Shown here: in pieces, positions 1 to 13,663 of the stretch
How the letters are laid out: each line of letters starts with the position of its first letter
How positions within the stretch are numbered: the stretch's first letter is position 1
Source: Eledone cirrhosa
Lineage: Eukaryota
NCBI GenBank assembly: GCA_964016885.1
Contig: OZ024740.1
Span: 97,774,001-97,838,000, forward strand
Direction: 5' to 3'
Length of the DNA: 64,000 nucleotides
Program-made: the position numbers and the translations under genes
Notes under the pieces: generated by a model
What the model was told of the DNA's origin: nothing
Database searches by the model: none
The model's input: only the letters and a program-made list of their open reading frames with translations

Positions 1-480
1 ATATGAAGTACACTAAATCCAATTCTCCGAGGGCCGGCCCTGGTTCTTCTAATTTGTGAGTGTAAACTCAGCCAGATTAGATTAGATTAGATTAAAGATG
101 AACCTGGACCTGATCGATAGATATTAGATATTAAACGATAAATATCTTCGATGGGTTTCTCAGAATCCGTAAGCTATGCTCTGAATTTCGTAACATGCAG
201 GTCAGTAATGTATCTTAAGATGGAACGATGATTGCTCTTCCTCAACAGGAAATTTTTTCCAGTATCCACTTAGCATAGCCTATGAGACCCGACTGCAAGT
301 GACTGTAGCAGTAACGTTTGCAGTGGAGTCTCGTGTTCTTTCTCGAGAGAAGTTCACATCCAGGTTTTGGCTGACTGAATACGCATGTGTATTTTTTTCT
401 CCCCAATGTTTTTCTCATTTTGATCTGTTTGTTCATCTTATCACTCTTTACTTTCAATTTATCTTATATTTCTAACTCTA

Positions 481-516
481 TCTTCTGATGAAAGACTAGT
501 GTACGAAACGTTAAGA
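481..516 (+). ncRNA. Minimal type-I hammerhead-ribozyme-like motif (degenerate), probably from a Penelope-like terminal repeat
   Basis: tctt-CTGATGA-aagactagtgtac-GAAA-cgtt-aaga: both core boxes, stem I tctt/aaga, palindromic ACGT mini stem III; stem II is imperfect. Confidence 0.55.
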
Positions 517-1369
517 CTCTCTTCCTGTTATGTCAAGCATTAAACTAATATATTTATTCCATGTACTGTGCTGTTTGTTTTTTATTTTGTTCTTTCTGTT
601 TAGCTTTTATATGCATATATATATGTGTGGGGGGGGGATATGCAAATATAAATTTATACTCAGAGGCACACACACATATATATATATATATACAAATATA
701 TATGCAAGTGTGTGTATACGAAAAAGAGAAATATAGTGTGTATACAGAAAAGGAAAAGAGAGAAGGAAATAAGATAATTTTTTTCCAACCTACATCTAGC
801 ATCATCAAAAACAAGAGCAAAACTAGAAGAAAAAGACATTCCCAATTTGACAAGATTGACTGATAAATAAAGAATAGCAAAAATAAAAATATATATATAC
901 TTATATGTTGATAAAAAAAATCAAGACTTTAATAAAAACAAATTTAGCTATTACCCTAAACTCGCCCACCCAATTCAACAAAATTGGCATCAACAAAATG
1001 TAAAAGAAAATAAAAGCTGATATATTACAGCAGAAATAAAATAAATATAAAACACAATAATCACATACACACACACACTGGCACACACATATATACGTAT
1101 GTATGTATGTATGTATGTTCTTCTGGTTTTATTATTTTATAAATTTTTAACAATAAACAGAGAGTCGGTTTTTAACATAGACACGAGACTCTTTTATTGG
1201 AATTTAGACAACATCTACTATGTATATATGTCTGCATGTCTGCATGCACGTGCATGTGTGCAGGTATAGATGTTATTGTATGTGTGGATGTTTAGGTTTT
1301 AAATTGTATGTGTGCATATGGACATGTTTTGTATCCGTACATGTGAAGATGCAGTTATTACATGCAGAA

Positions 1370-2875
1370 TTTTTGGAATGCTTCACATAATTATACCCTT
1401 CCATTAATGGATTTTACTTGTAATTCCTTAACTACTCGTGTTCTTTCTGGTTCTGTGAAACCCAGCTTCTCAAGATTTGCACTAAGGCAGTTAGTAACAT
1501 ATCCCAGTGCCCCTATAATCACAGTTATAAATCTGAATGTATAATCAGTGTGGAGTATCTGCAGATTTCTCATTAGTTCTACATAGATATTCTCCTTTTT
1601 TCTTATCTTTAATACTAGCTGCTGAGCAGCTAACTTCTGCTACTGTGCATACCTTCTTTTTCCTGTCCCATATCATTATATCTGGTCTGTTATACCTGTA
1701 TTTTATTGGGGTTTTGACTAACATTCCACCAGTACTGTAAGTTTTAATGTTTTTAATTGGGATATCTTTTTCAAGACAGACTACTTTGCTTATCTATATT
1801 ACTCTCATTCTGTAGCCTTCTCACAACCTATCCCAGCATGATTATTTTGCTGATAAGCATGGAGTTATTCATCCATGGATTCACTGTGGTATTGCTGAGC
1901 AATAGATGGGCTCTTATGCTTGGAGTTTCATAGAGGTTGTTGGAGGGTTATGATGTGATACTCAAGTGCTGTTTGGACTGATGTTAGGCCTCTGCATCAC
2001 TGCTTATATTTCAAGTAGAGGCAGTCTATGTCACTGTTGATGTGGAAGTTTTTTCAGTGTTGTTTAGGATTTTCGGTTTTTAACATCAATTGCTCAGATT
2101 TCATCTATCGTTCAATTGAGTATCTTAATCATTGGTATTAGGACAGGCACCGCAAACACATCGTCAGCCACTGTTTTATTGTATGCAGAGATTTCAGATG
2201 ACAATATTTTTCTTAATCTGATGTAATATTCCCTAGTTATGCATTCCTTGTTATAGATACCATCACAGGATATATTCTCGTCTATCACTAGGTATATGTA
2301 TCACTCCTCATCAAATATCAATGAAACAGTTAGACCATTGATAAAAATGTTGCTAGATTGGCTTGTAGTTTTGCTCAACTTTACAATCATATATAAACAT
2401 TTATCCTGGACAAACTCAATTCCTATATGTTTGAGAACATTGTAACCAGGTCAAGACGTTTCTTCATCCTATTTATATCCTTTGCATAGAGTTTCAGATC
2501 ATCCACAAAGAAATTATGAGCGAGGTTCGTATTTCTGTCGTCCTGTAAGCCAATCCCATATCCTTCACTTTTCTTGAGCAGAAAGGACAAGGAGTTTAAT
2601 GAAAGAACAAATAGTAGCACAGAGAGACGGTTTCCTTGAAATATATTGCTGTGAAATTCTATTTCATCAGTGAAAATAGAGTGCTCCATCTCTATTTTTA
2701 ACTTTAGGATAGTAGCCCAAGAAGAAGATAGGTTCTCTATGGCTCTGATAATAGTGTCTGGGACTTTAGCAAGTCACAGGGCCTTTATCATCCAAGAGTG
2801 GAGAACAGAATCAAATTATTTCCTGTAGTTCAGCCAGACATTAACCATATTCCTTCTAAGTTGTCATACCTTTGA
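1370..2875 (-). mobile_element. Degenerate R4/Dong-like (RLE) non-LTR retrotransposon, RT to C-terminus
   Basis: ORF fragments IFQGNRLSVLLFVLSLN..GYG..HNFFVDDLKLYAKD (RT) and VIIGALGYVT..ELQVK (RLE C-terminus); many stops and frameshifts. Confidence 0.75.
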
Positions 2876-3239
2876 CATCGCACTTTTGTATGTATGTATG
2901 TTCGTATGTATGTATCTATGAATGTGTGTTTGTATGTATATAAGTATGTATGTTTGTACGTATGTGTGTTTGAGGTTCATGAAGTATTCAGTCTTGTCAT
3001 ATTATTTGTCACACTGAATAGCAAGTTTGTACACCAAAAAGTAGAGGTAGTAGTGTTCTGCCAGCTGAATTCACTTTTAAAATAGCATTTTGTACACTTT
3101 TCTTATTATTTAAGATTGTAATGAGGGGTGAGAAGTAACCTAAAAATGCATCCATACATCTAATTGAAGTGTCTCACACAATGTCAGTAACTGGTAGAAA
3201 GGGATTTGGGATCTCCTGGTGAACAAGTCTGTCTTGGCA

Positions 3240-6200
3240 GGTGCCTGGTTGTCATCCTGCTATTTTGACAAACACAAACAATCAACCCAAAAAGAAACCT
3301 AGGGTCAGTACGACAGTTAGTCAGATAGAGTGGCACATTTCACAGCTTTAATTGCAAAATAAATTAATAAATATGATCTGGACGCCATTGCATTTGCTGA
3401 GACATGATTACATGGAGATAGCAAACTTACTGAAAACCAATTAGATTATACTTTCTTTTGTAAAGGTTTGCCTGCAGGGCAAAGTTGAGATTCAGGTGAT
3501 TTTTGCAATTAAAAACTCAATCCTAGATTGTATCCAAGAATTTCCAAGCAGTGTATCTGAATTCATGATATCTTTCTGGCTCCAGCTGAAAGATCAATTC
3601 CTGACAATTGTGAATGTTACATACTGACAATGTCATGTCCCATTGAAATAATTGAAAAATGTTATCAGGATCTTAGGAATCTGGTGCGGAAAGTTCCAAG
3701 GGAAAAGAAGCTACTCATCATGGTGGCTTTAATGTTAGTGTGGGTATAGATCATGCAACTGTTTGGGAAAATGCAACAAAAATGGACTTTTCTCATTTTG
3801 TACCAAATACCAGCTGGCTATCTGAAAAACATTCTTGAAACAAAAATAGAAATATAAAAACACATGAATGCACCCTAGGTCTAAGCCCTGGTACCTTCTT
3901 GACTATATATTACTTCACGAGACAGCTTTGAATGTCACTAGTGTTGGAATAATGAGAGTTGCAGAATGTTGGGTGGACCATAGGCTCATTAGGCAGAAAT
4001 TCAATTTCTTAATCAGGCAAAAAATCAGAAAGGTGGGATCTAAAATACTAAAGAGAATAAACACTGCAAACTTCAAATTTCATATGCTGTTGTAAAACTT
4101 TTGAGATGGATTTATGAGGGTTACTCTTGATGAAGATACCTTTGGGAGAGTTTCAAGTCTCAAGTCTATGAAGTTGCATCAAACACTTTGGGATTCAAAT
4201 CCAAGAAAGTGGCTGTTTGGTTTGCTGTTAATGACTTGGAAGTGTCCAGACTTCTGCACGAAAAACAAGAGATGTGCAATCATTCTGGAAAAGTCTGAAA
4301 ATCCCAACAAAAACAATAAGTTTAAGTCTATGAATTCAAAAGGTCAGAGCTGTCTTTGGCAAATGAAGGAAAATTGGTGCTAAAAGAAAGCCAATGAAGC
4401 ACAAGCAACTGCAGACTGCAAAGGCTCTAAAGACTTCTTTTCATATATAAAAGAGGCATTTGGCCCTAGAACAACAGCTATATTCCCTGTGAAATCTGCT
4501 GATGGACAACAACAGTTTACAGATGTCATATCCATACAGAAATGTTGTGTGTAACACTACTCTAATTTGCTTAACAGGTCATCAAGTATGAAAAAGGACA
4601 AAATTGAGAGAATGGACAAACTTCCAGTGATCAAAGAAATGTCTTCTGAGCATTCAGTAGATGGCATCACTGCAGCTGTGAAGAAATTAAATAACAATAA
4701 ATCTGGTATCATTGGTATCACTTCAGAAATATTCAAAGGATGATCAAAATACTTCACTCACTACTTTTGTATTGCTGGAGGCAGTACCACATGACTGGGT
4801 CAATGATATTTTAATATCACTTTTTAAGTTTTGTCCTAAAGATACATGTGGTAACTCCCATGGCATATCTTTGTTATGTTTTGTTAGAAACGTACCCTCA
4901 TGTATTCTTTCAGAGAATCTTCAAAAATTCATCATTACAAGAAAAATGCATGGTGCAAAACATGGGGTTATATCGATGCTTTGTATACCTTAGCAAAGCA
5001 TTCACCAATGCATTGTGGTTGGCTCTCCTGAAAAGATTGTGGATATGATTAAAGCCCTCCATAAGGATATGAAGTCTTGTAAATACAAGTACTCTTTCAG
5101 AACCGTTTGCAGTGGAAAATGGAGTAAGGCAGAGTAACCTTGAAGCACTGATACTCTTCACCATCTATCTTTGGCTATTTTGTCAAATGCCTTTGCAATA
5201 TCAGCAGAGGGAGAGTTTTTCCGATATCACTCATCAGGCAATGTGTTCAACAAGACTACAATGAGATTCAACTCTAACGTCTTCACCTCTTTAATATGTG
5301 ATCTTATATATGCAGATGACTGCAACCTAATAAGTCACACTGAGGAGGGCTTGAAAAGCCTGGTCAGAGGTTTCGACGTTGCTTGTGATGTCTTTTTGTC
5401 TATCAAAGAACATTTGAAAATGTCTCTTGTAATGCATCAACCTGCTCCTGGTAAGCAAATAACTGCACCTCAAGTCATATAAGGGCACAATGCTAAGGCA
5501 GTGACCACCTTTGAATATCTTGGCTGTAGGATACAAGCTAAAGGCAAATTGGATACTAAAATCACATCTCATATACAAAAAGGAGCAAATGCCTTTGGTG
5601 GATAAGAATTTAATGTCTGGTCACAACGTCACATTCAATTGGAGACCAAGATTGCAGTATAGATTTCATTTGTACTCTACATACAATTGTACTCATCTGA
5701 GACATGGAAGTTGTATACTCATTGTTCACCGGCATATACTCAAAATAAGCAGGAACGCATTCATTTTAGACACTGAGATTCTTGCTCGTACAAAAGCTAC
5801 ACCTACTCAATCTATGCTTATTAGGAATAAGTTAAGATGAACAGATCACATGATTTGTATGAGTGACAGATGCATCCCAAAGAAAATGTTTTATGGTGAA
5901 CACAAGCTGAGCAAAAGGTTAAATGTTAAGCCAAGGAGGGGATACAGAGACTCTCTAAAAGCGAACTTAAAATATCCTACAAAAGCTTGGGTCATGTGCA
6001 GTAGAAAGAGTAGTCTTGAGAAGTGCCATTTGGAATGGAGTTAAAGCATTTGAAATGGAGAGGGTAAAACATGTAGAACTGAAACAAATTTGCAGAAGAA
6101 TGAGACCAACAGTAAAAATGATCGATCTTATCCAGTGTTGGTTTTCAAATGCCCTGTGAGCCCTAAGTCATGCCTTTTGAATGCTGGCTTGAAGTGACAC

Positions 6201-6505
6201 TAATGAGCACTTGATGGTAAAGTCCAAGTTAACTATTCAAACTTTGTTGCTGAAAATTGGTGCCAGTACCATGTTTGTCAGAGAATTTGCAAATCAGATG
6301 GTGGATTGAAATTACATCTGAACTTACATAATAGGCACACCCAAAGTGGAAACAAGAACAAAATGAAACAACTTTATATTATTTCTGGATGGGTGTTTCA
6401 CAAACTTTCAGGACTCAAAGGCTATTTGAGATATCAAGCCAGGAAAGAACAGACATAAAGCACAAGGAATGGTCAAGCTTTGTATGGAGCAGAAAGCCTT
6501 CATTT
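3240..6505 (+). mobile_element. Degenerate near-full-length RTE (BovB-like) LINE
   Basis: AP-endonuclease motif MHPRSKPWYLLDYI, ECWVDHRLI, RT NGVRQ and LIYADDC, post-RT PKKMFYGE, C-terminal C2H2-like fingers; heavily disrupted. Confidence 0.85.
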
Positions 6506-6727
6506 TATGTACAACTAGTTGGTTTACGAAGCATTAGGAAAATTTGAAATGTAGTCACCCCAATGTAAGTGACAATAATAATAGTTAAACACAGCAGTTG
6601 AGAGTAAAGTTTCACAGGAAACAGAAATATTTAGACAGAATCATCTCAGTTCAGTTTTTTTACTATTTCCAGAAGTACTTTACTCTACATTTTCAACTTT
6701 TATCTATAGTAATCGAATATTATTATT

Positions 6728-6925
6728 GGCGGCGGTGGGTTCGCAGTATCAGTAGAGGGTCTGACGCAATGCTTTGCAGCAAAGAGTTATGGCCCTTTAT
6801 GGTCTGAGTTCAAATCCCACCGAGGTTAACTTTGCCTTTCATCCTTACGGGTTCGATAAAATAAAGTACCAGTAATACACTGGGATAATTGCTGGCCTTG
6901 TACCAAAAGTAGAAACAATTATTAT
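6728..6925 (+). mobile_element. tRNA-derived SINE family A (Nin/Deu-domain-like), full length
   Basis: B box gagttcaaatcc; core gcctttcatccttacgggttcgataaaataaagtaccag; tail ccaaaagtagaaacaattatt; about 10 copies in the window. Confidence 0.85.
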
Positions 6926-7569
6926 CGTCATTTAGCCTTGGTTAACATATGTAGCTAAAGCGTGTTTATATGCCTGGTTATAATTGCTAATAGATGTGTA
7001 TATAAATATATGCATGTTTATGTCCATAAACGAAGATGATATATGGTCTTATTTATGTGTGTATGGATGGATTTGCATGAAGGTATATATGCAAGAAATT
7101 CTTTGTAAGCATGACAACACACTTTTAGCATCATTTTCTCTTGGTCTTTCTCGGAAGAGATACATTTAATAATATTGAGCATGGTGGAATAAAGGATAAT
7201 GTAATAATCTAGAATTATGTCGATGTTCTGTCATGGTTTGTTTTTTCAGTTGCTAATTTGAACAGGGATTAAAACTCCTCCTATAAACCTGTAGTTGTCT
7301 GCTAAATAGAGCCTATGTCTTGTCAGAATAGATTATCATCTGCATAGTCAGAATGTCCCTCATGCCAATGCAACAGTCTTTCATTTTCTGCAAGCTTTAA
7401 CTACTGTATAAACCACAGGAAATATACAGGTTTATAAAGGTTGACTCCTTGTCACCATATCCCTGATGGGGTTGGCTTGACAGGTACTATGCCTTGCCAA
7501 CGAGCAACTTGCAACTATGTATAAAGATAGAACACTACACATTTTCTCCTAACTACCCGGAATAAAAAT

Positions 7570-7940
7570 TGCTTCATCCTTTCTTAAATTTACTAATTTC
7601 TATTTATTTTGTACCACTTAAATTCTTATTTCTTGATAAACTGGCATCTTTATAAACCTGTCTTAAGAAATTAAATGTTTCGGTGGCAGATTTGATGAGT
7701 TTCACACAAAATTTAATTGTGTACTGTTGTTTGATGTTTCCCTGCATCACAAACTTACCAGGGGTTATAAACATATCTGTACATAAACAGCAATAAGCTC
7801 ACAACTGACTTAATCGATCATGTTGAAACTAGTATGCAGCCAAGGTTATAACCAATACCCTTATATACATCAACAAAGTACTTCTTTACTATGTAGTACA
7901 TAGGATAACCAGTACTCTTACTTATGGGACAAACCTCTTT
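7570..7940 (-). mobile_element. Tc1/mariner relic (5' TIR plus N-terminal HTH)
   Basis: Minus-strand QQYTIKFCVKLIKSATETF resembles a mariner N-terminus; mariner-like TIR agaggtttgtcccataagtaagagtactgg at ~7910-7939. Confidence 0.65.
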
Positions 7941-8633
7941 TATTCACTCAAACATATCAAATGACATAATATCCCATTAACAGTGGCCTCACTACCATAT
8001 TCAATGGCGTGCACCATTGATAATTTCTCACTACAAACTTTAATGATACAGCGTTAACATTGAACATTAAACTTAATGGCATATATCATTGACACTGCCT
8101 CACAACAAGATTTAATGCAAGTATGGAAAAATGGATGTGAAAAGGAAACAGTTACCATTGAAGCAATGAAACAACTGAATTTAATGCCATATACCAAGAA
8201 CACTGAGTAACCACCAAATTCAATGATATTTACCACTGACACTGCCTGACCACCAAGTATCAAAGCATATACCAGTATAAATGTACACTGTTGAACTGTC
8301 CCATCGACGATCAGACCACTACCCATCGATGTTAAAGAACACCTCAACACACCCATCATCCTTCAGGAAACTCATAGATAAGTACTGGAAGACAAATAAA
8401 GATATAATAGTTACTATCAAAACAAGGGAAGGAAATACTAGTAAACTCTTACCATCACTTCCAACATTGGAAAAAACAGAACTTTCAAATAAAAAAATGG
8501 CAGATTAGGAGTGACACACAATAAAATGCTCTGATTTAGTTTCCCTTATTATTCTTTTCATAAAGGGATTTTAACCTGAAATATGGTGTCATTAAACAAC
8601 TGCATTAAACATCTTTATTACAATTATATTTTT

Positions 8634-8825
8634 ACGGTGAATTGGCAGTATCAGTAGGTAGTTGGACACTATGCTTTCTAGCATAGTTACGTCCCTTTAC
8701 GGTTTGAGTTCAAATTCCGCCTAAGTTAACTTTGCCTTGCCCCTTATGGGGTCGATAAAATAAAGTACCAGTAATGTACTGGGTATTTGCTGGCCTTGTG
8801 CCAAAAGTAGAAACAATTATATTAT
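8634..8825 (+). mobile_element. SINE family A copy
   Basis: Colinear with 6728-6925. Confidence 0.85.
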
Positions 8826-8944
8826 GAACAATTTGTGCCCCATTTCCATTGTGGTAGCCTTCTAATAAAACACTATATACATTATGTTTATTTTGGGGTT
8901 GTAATGTTTCTTTTCTTTTACTGGCAAGATTTACTATAAATATA

Positions 8945-9130
8945 GCACCCAGTCCACACTGTAAATGTGGTTAGTATTAAGAAGGGCATCTAGGTGTAGA
9001 AACCAAGCCAGAAATAGTCCTGTATGAGTAAGACATGGTCATATGATCTGATTTGTCTCACAATGGGACAACTTGTTTAATCCATGCCAGTGTGGAAAAA
9101 TGGACGTTAAACTATGTTGATGATGATGAT
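8945..9130 (+). mobile_element. RTE 3'-tail fragment (old)
   Basis: gcacccagt..gaagggcatc..ccatgccagtgtggaaaaatggacgttaa then (tga)n; matches 52920-53108. Confidence 0.65.
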
Positions 9131-11399
9131 AACAAGCGTTCATGCACAACATAGATATATATTTGTGTGTGTGACTATATATCTAGATAAAAGCTCATAC
9201 TGAGACATATCTACACTATGCAAACATAAGATGCATATATATTTGCAACTAAAAATGAATAATCAATTATTTCATGAATTTTTGATACACTTATTGACAT
9301 TTGAAAGCAGCATTGTTAACACCGTCACTACTACCAACATGAACATCGCCATCATCATCATCCTTATCATATATCTTTGAACTAATTTAGTTGATTGTTT
9401 AATCCTAGTAGTACATATGGTGTTCACTCAATTATCACCATTTAATTAATCTCAATCTAAAATCTCAGACAATCATAGATATTTATATCACTTTTTTTTT
9501 AAATCTAATTCATATATTAGAAACCTATTTACACACAGAATGTAATAATTAGGCTGCTAAATAATGTGAAAACATTTTATTTTTTTATCTATACCATAAT
9601 CAATCGGTATCATCAACCATCTCGTTTTCTAACTACTCTTTTATATTTATCGGTTATATATTTGAGCTTTGCTGTTTGCCAAATAAAAGAATTTGGTTGG
9701 CATTTTTGCAAGATATACAACATATTTTCTGTTTTTATATATTTTATAAATCAATTAATAATAGAGTGATGGGTGTGTTATATTAAGCAGTAGCACATGC
9801 AATGATCATCAGTTTAATTAGATAGCATTCATGTTGGAAACACCAGGGGCTTTGCAGATGATTGACTATTAATTCAACAATGGGTCGGTACAATTTCTCC
9901 AGTAAGTGCAGAAATCTCTGAATATGCAGGTGTGATGAGCTGCATATATTCTAGCCATTAGAAAAAGCAAAATGAATGCTTCCCCTCCGATGATGGGATG
10001 ACTCAAGTAAATAAGAACAACAAGAGGGAAGATGCAGTGTCATAAAAGATGTAAGAAATATTCTCCCCCATGGTATTAAGATTGATACAGTTGATGTTCA
10101 GTTTTTAACATCTGCATGTCAATAAATGTGAGAAAGAAGGATTGAAGTGGAATTATATAAGGCAGCTAACTAGTAACACTATATATACTCATTACTCATG
10201 CATAAATCAGAAATATTTATTACTCAATACTAACCCACTTAAACAGCAGTATACAATATTGTCTGCATTTTACATCTGACTTGCAGCTATTACTACTTCT
10301 ATTACTACTTCTTATAATTGGCTATTACCACATTTTATAATTGGCCTGGGCTTATTATCAGCTTGGTAGTCAGGGAGGGGTACCTATATTTTACATTTTC
10401 GTTTTAGTCTATTACTAGCTTTGTACAGGATTGACTAGAAAACACCTGTCCAGTTTCTATGATATAAAACAATTAGTCTTAAATTGTTTATAATTATATT
10501 TTAACCTTACATTATAATTTTATAGAAGAAACGTTTGATGTATTATGTTCTATGCATCCATGTAATACTAGAAATGTATTTTAACTGAACTGTTGATTAT
10601 TTCCAAACCTAATTAAACATATGGGTAGAATATTCAATTAGAAACTTGATCACAAATTGGTTAATATGGGATTTGAGATAGAAGTACGGGTGCTGTGTGG
10701 TAATTATAGTGATGAGATATGTATGCTGTTAAAATAAACTAGGCTATTAGTTTAATATAGACTAGCAGAGGTACCCGGCATCGCCCGGAATAACTCTCAA
10801 TGGAGTAGTTGTTCAAATGAACCAAAACACTTCCGTAAAACACGACTATGGAAGTAACAATTTATAGGTGTTGGCCCTAAAGAGTGCCTTTGAACGTTCA
10901 CTTTGAAATATCTCTGCTACGGTGCTGCCAGCTAAGACGAATCCGATGGTAACAATTTAAAGTTGGTGGCCCTAAAGAGAGCCTTGGATCATTCACTCTT
11001 AAGAGTCTCAGCGGCAGAGCTGTCAGTAAAGACGACTCCGATTTGGTGTGTCGTATTTGCTTTGCACATTTGAGATTGTAACCTAATAAAGCATGTAACA
11101 ATCGGTGGCCACAAAAACGGCCTTGGCATGATCACGCTGGAATGTCAAAACAATGTGTAAATAAAATGTCGGGAAAAGTAGATTGATTAGGTTAAAACTA
11201 CAGAACATCGATAGCAAAGTGTAATGGCAACATATAAATGCAGAAAATAGGGACATTGAACATTTATAATGTATAGCAAAAGCAACCTCAGAGGCGTACG
11301 TGGTATTGTCAAAAGGACAAAAATAGCACATGGATACAGCAAAAATAAAACACTGATTATAGTAATTACTTGTTGGCGGATGGAGTGCCTACCAAACTT

Positions 11400-11935
11400 C
11401 ATTATAGACTATATTTTGGGTTTTCTCGCAAGTTGCAAAAGGAAATAGGTAATGTCGGCTCACCACTCGAGAGCAGCCAACATATAGTTGACCATGGGAG
11501 AAGCACGGTTCTTATAAATTAAGCCCTATGACCGTCAGCGTCTGGCACTGTGATTTGTTAATCAACATGTCGAAACTGAGCCAGAGTGGGAATTGCAGCC
11601 TTCTGAATGTGAAAGGAATGTCTTTACCGGATGGATTGAGAGGTATCCTTGGTATGAAGACAGTATCCCCCTGACCCCATCCTGTAAGTATTGTTGCCTC
11701 AATAACATGAGGCATCGCCTTTTGGACGATCAGATGCATGCCATTAGAAAGCATTCAGGGTTCTAAATTCCTGAGGAGCATGACAGGGGCACTTTTCTTA
11801 AGTAGCAGTAAGTGTGGTAGCAATCCGGGAGGGTCTAGGGAGTTAAGAAATGATGTGGAGTAATTAACAACTTCATCCGGATCAGCCATAGAGTCAAGGG
11901 ACTAGTAGACATGCAGGTTTCCAGGCAAGCCCAGC
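11400..11935 (-). pseudogene. Helitron PIF1-like helicase C-terminal fragment
   Basis: PHVIEATILTG..VFIPRIPL..FTFRRLQFPLWLSFDMLINKSQCQTL..GLNL*EPCFSHGQLYVGCSRV. Confidence 0.9.
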
Positions 11936-12074
11936 GTAGTTGGAGGAAGGGTCGTAGTTAAAGGCATTCAACAACCATCATGAGTTGCAAGTCCTAGAAA
12001 TGCCACGTAACGATGATCGCCGCTGTTCACTTTGCAGAAGTCGGCCACATCGTCGCTCTATGGTTTCAGTATTT

Positions 12075-12335
12075 CATGCAACAGCAGTGGCAGCGACGTC
12101 CCTGCTTCGTCGAACGGTGCGTCGTCCTTCATCCTCTCGTGCATGAGCAGTGTATGTTGCAGTGGCATCCCTGCTTTGTTGAACGGCACGTCATCCTTCA
12201 TCCTCTCGAGCGTGAGCAGCGGCCATTGCTGTGGCGTCCCTGCTTCGGCGAACGGCATGTCGTCCTTCATTCTCTCGAACGTGAGCAGCACCTGTTGCAG
12301 CTGCGACCCTGCTTTGTCAAACGGCGCGTCGCGGC
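12075..12335 (-). repeat. 69-bp tandem repeat (~3.5 units) in the Helitron RepHel N-terminus
   Basis: tc(g/a)tccttcat(c/t)ctctcg at 12122, 12191 and 12260; 23-aa Arg/Ala-rich repeat downstream of MLPKKRTFIGR (12521). Confidence 0.8.
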
Positions 12336-13663
12336 AGCATCTTTGTTCCGTTGAAGTTCAAGCCAACTGTCATCCTCCTCCGCTCTTGCAGCTGCTGTCT
12401 GCACAGCATTCTGTGAGAGCCTGATCGCAGTCACATTTACATCTTTGGTGAAACGCCTTCGCCTAGACCTACTTGCATCATTAGATATTCGACCAATGAA
12501 AGTTCTTTTCTTGGGGAGCATTGTTTTTAGAAAATTAACCAGGGAGAACGATAAATAGTGGACAAATAACGTTTAAATAAGCAAATCTAAACATGGATAT
12601 AAATTGTGAAAAAATGTGATAAATCTATGTGGTCTGTGAAAGTGGGTATGTTTTGCAAGATTTTGTGTACCAATCAAATTTCAGGTTTTAAGTTAGGGGC
12701 AATGCAGCGTACGGACTACCTGTGATAAAGGAAATTAAGTAGTGTGGCTACAGTGGTAGGTATATAAGTGTGAGTATGTTTGTTCAGTTCGAACATAGCA
12801 ATAAGTAATGAAAGGATACAGTCAAAAATGGCCGAGGGGGTCCTCTTGCTGAATTGAAATGAAAGGAAATGTGCCTCACTGTATCTTCATCTGTAGTACA
12901 TGAATAACAACTAAGTCAAAATGAATTTTATTGGACTACCAATTATCGAAGCTATGACGCTTTGCTGTAATACAATAGCCAAATTCAATAAATGACTCAC
13001 CGGGTTTACTGCTCCCTGGGGTCCCCTTGCTTGTTTCAAATATAGACACTCTCTTCAACATCATCTTTAGGCAATGGGTAACCTATGTGTCCGGTAAAGT
13101 TAAAATCAAACGTAAACTTCAAAAGTTATGTGAACTTCAATAGATAAGTCGAAGGAGCTTACAGCCCCCCCCCCTCGCTACGGGCTCCTCTTGATAGGTT
13201 CAAGTAAAAGTTCATGTGTTCACCTTCCATTTTAAGCCATGGGTAACCAATACATCTCTCTTCGTGAAAACCAAACACCATTCAAGCAGTTTATTGCATT
13301 GATGATATCAACTTCAACATTCATCAAGTCAGTTTACTGTCCCCCAAGGGGTCCCCTACCTGAATTTGAAAGTGCATGCCTGCAAATTTGTTTGTAGACC
13401 ATAAGCAAACAAAAGATTAATTTCAGTGAAGATGGGAGGCAAACTGCAGGAATTATGGGGCCTTTATGCTGTAGTACTGCTGACTCCAAGCGAGAGGCTT
13501 AGGAGGGCAGAATCGATGTACGGAAAAATAATATAGCGTATGACGCGTAATAGCACGTCAGAAACCTATGTATTAAATTTGGTGCAAATCGGTTGTAAAA
13601 TGTAGAAATGCATGCAGTTACACAGATAGACAGACAGACATCTTCTGTTTTATATATTTAGAA

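Noticed and set aside
7960-8510. Possible LINE endonuclease relic (SDHYP), plus faint RT traces at ~7330 (DYADD, minus), 18110-18530, 45250-45520, 49930-50330 and 62130-62290
   Set aside because: Too decayed to assign a family or boundaries by eye.
12013-12424. Plus-strand repetitive ORFs, or a CRISPR-like array
   Set aside because: 69-bp tandem coding repeat of the minus-strand Helitron; no unique spacers, and the context is eukaryotic.
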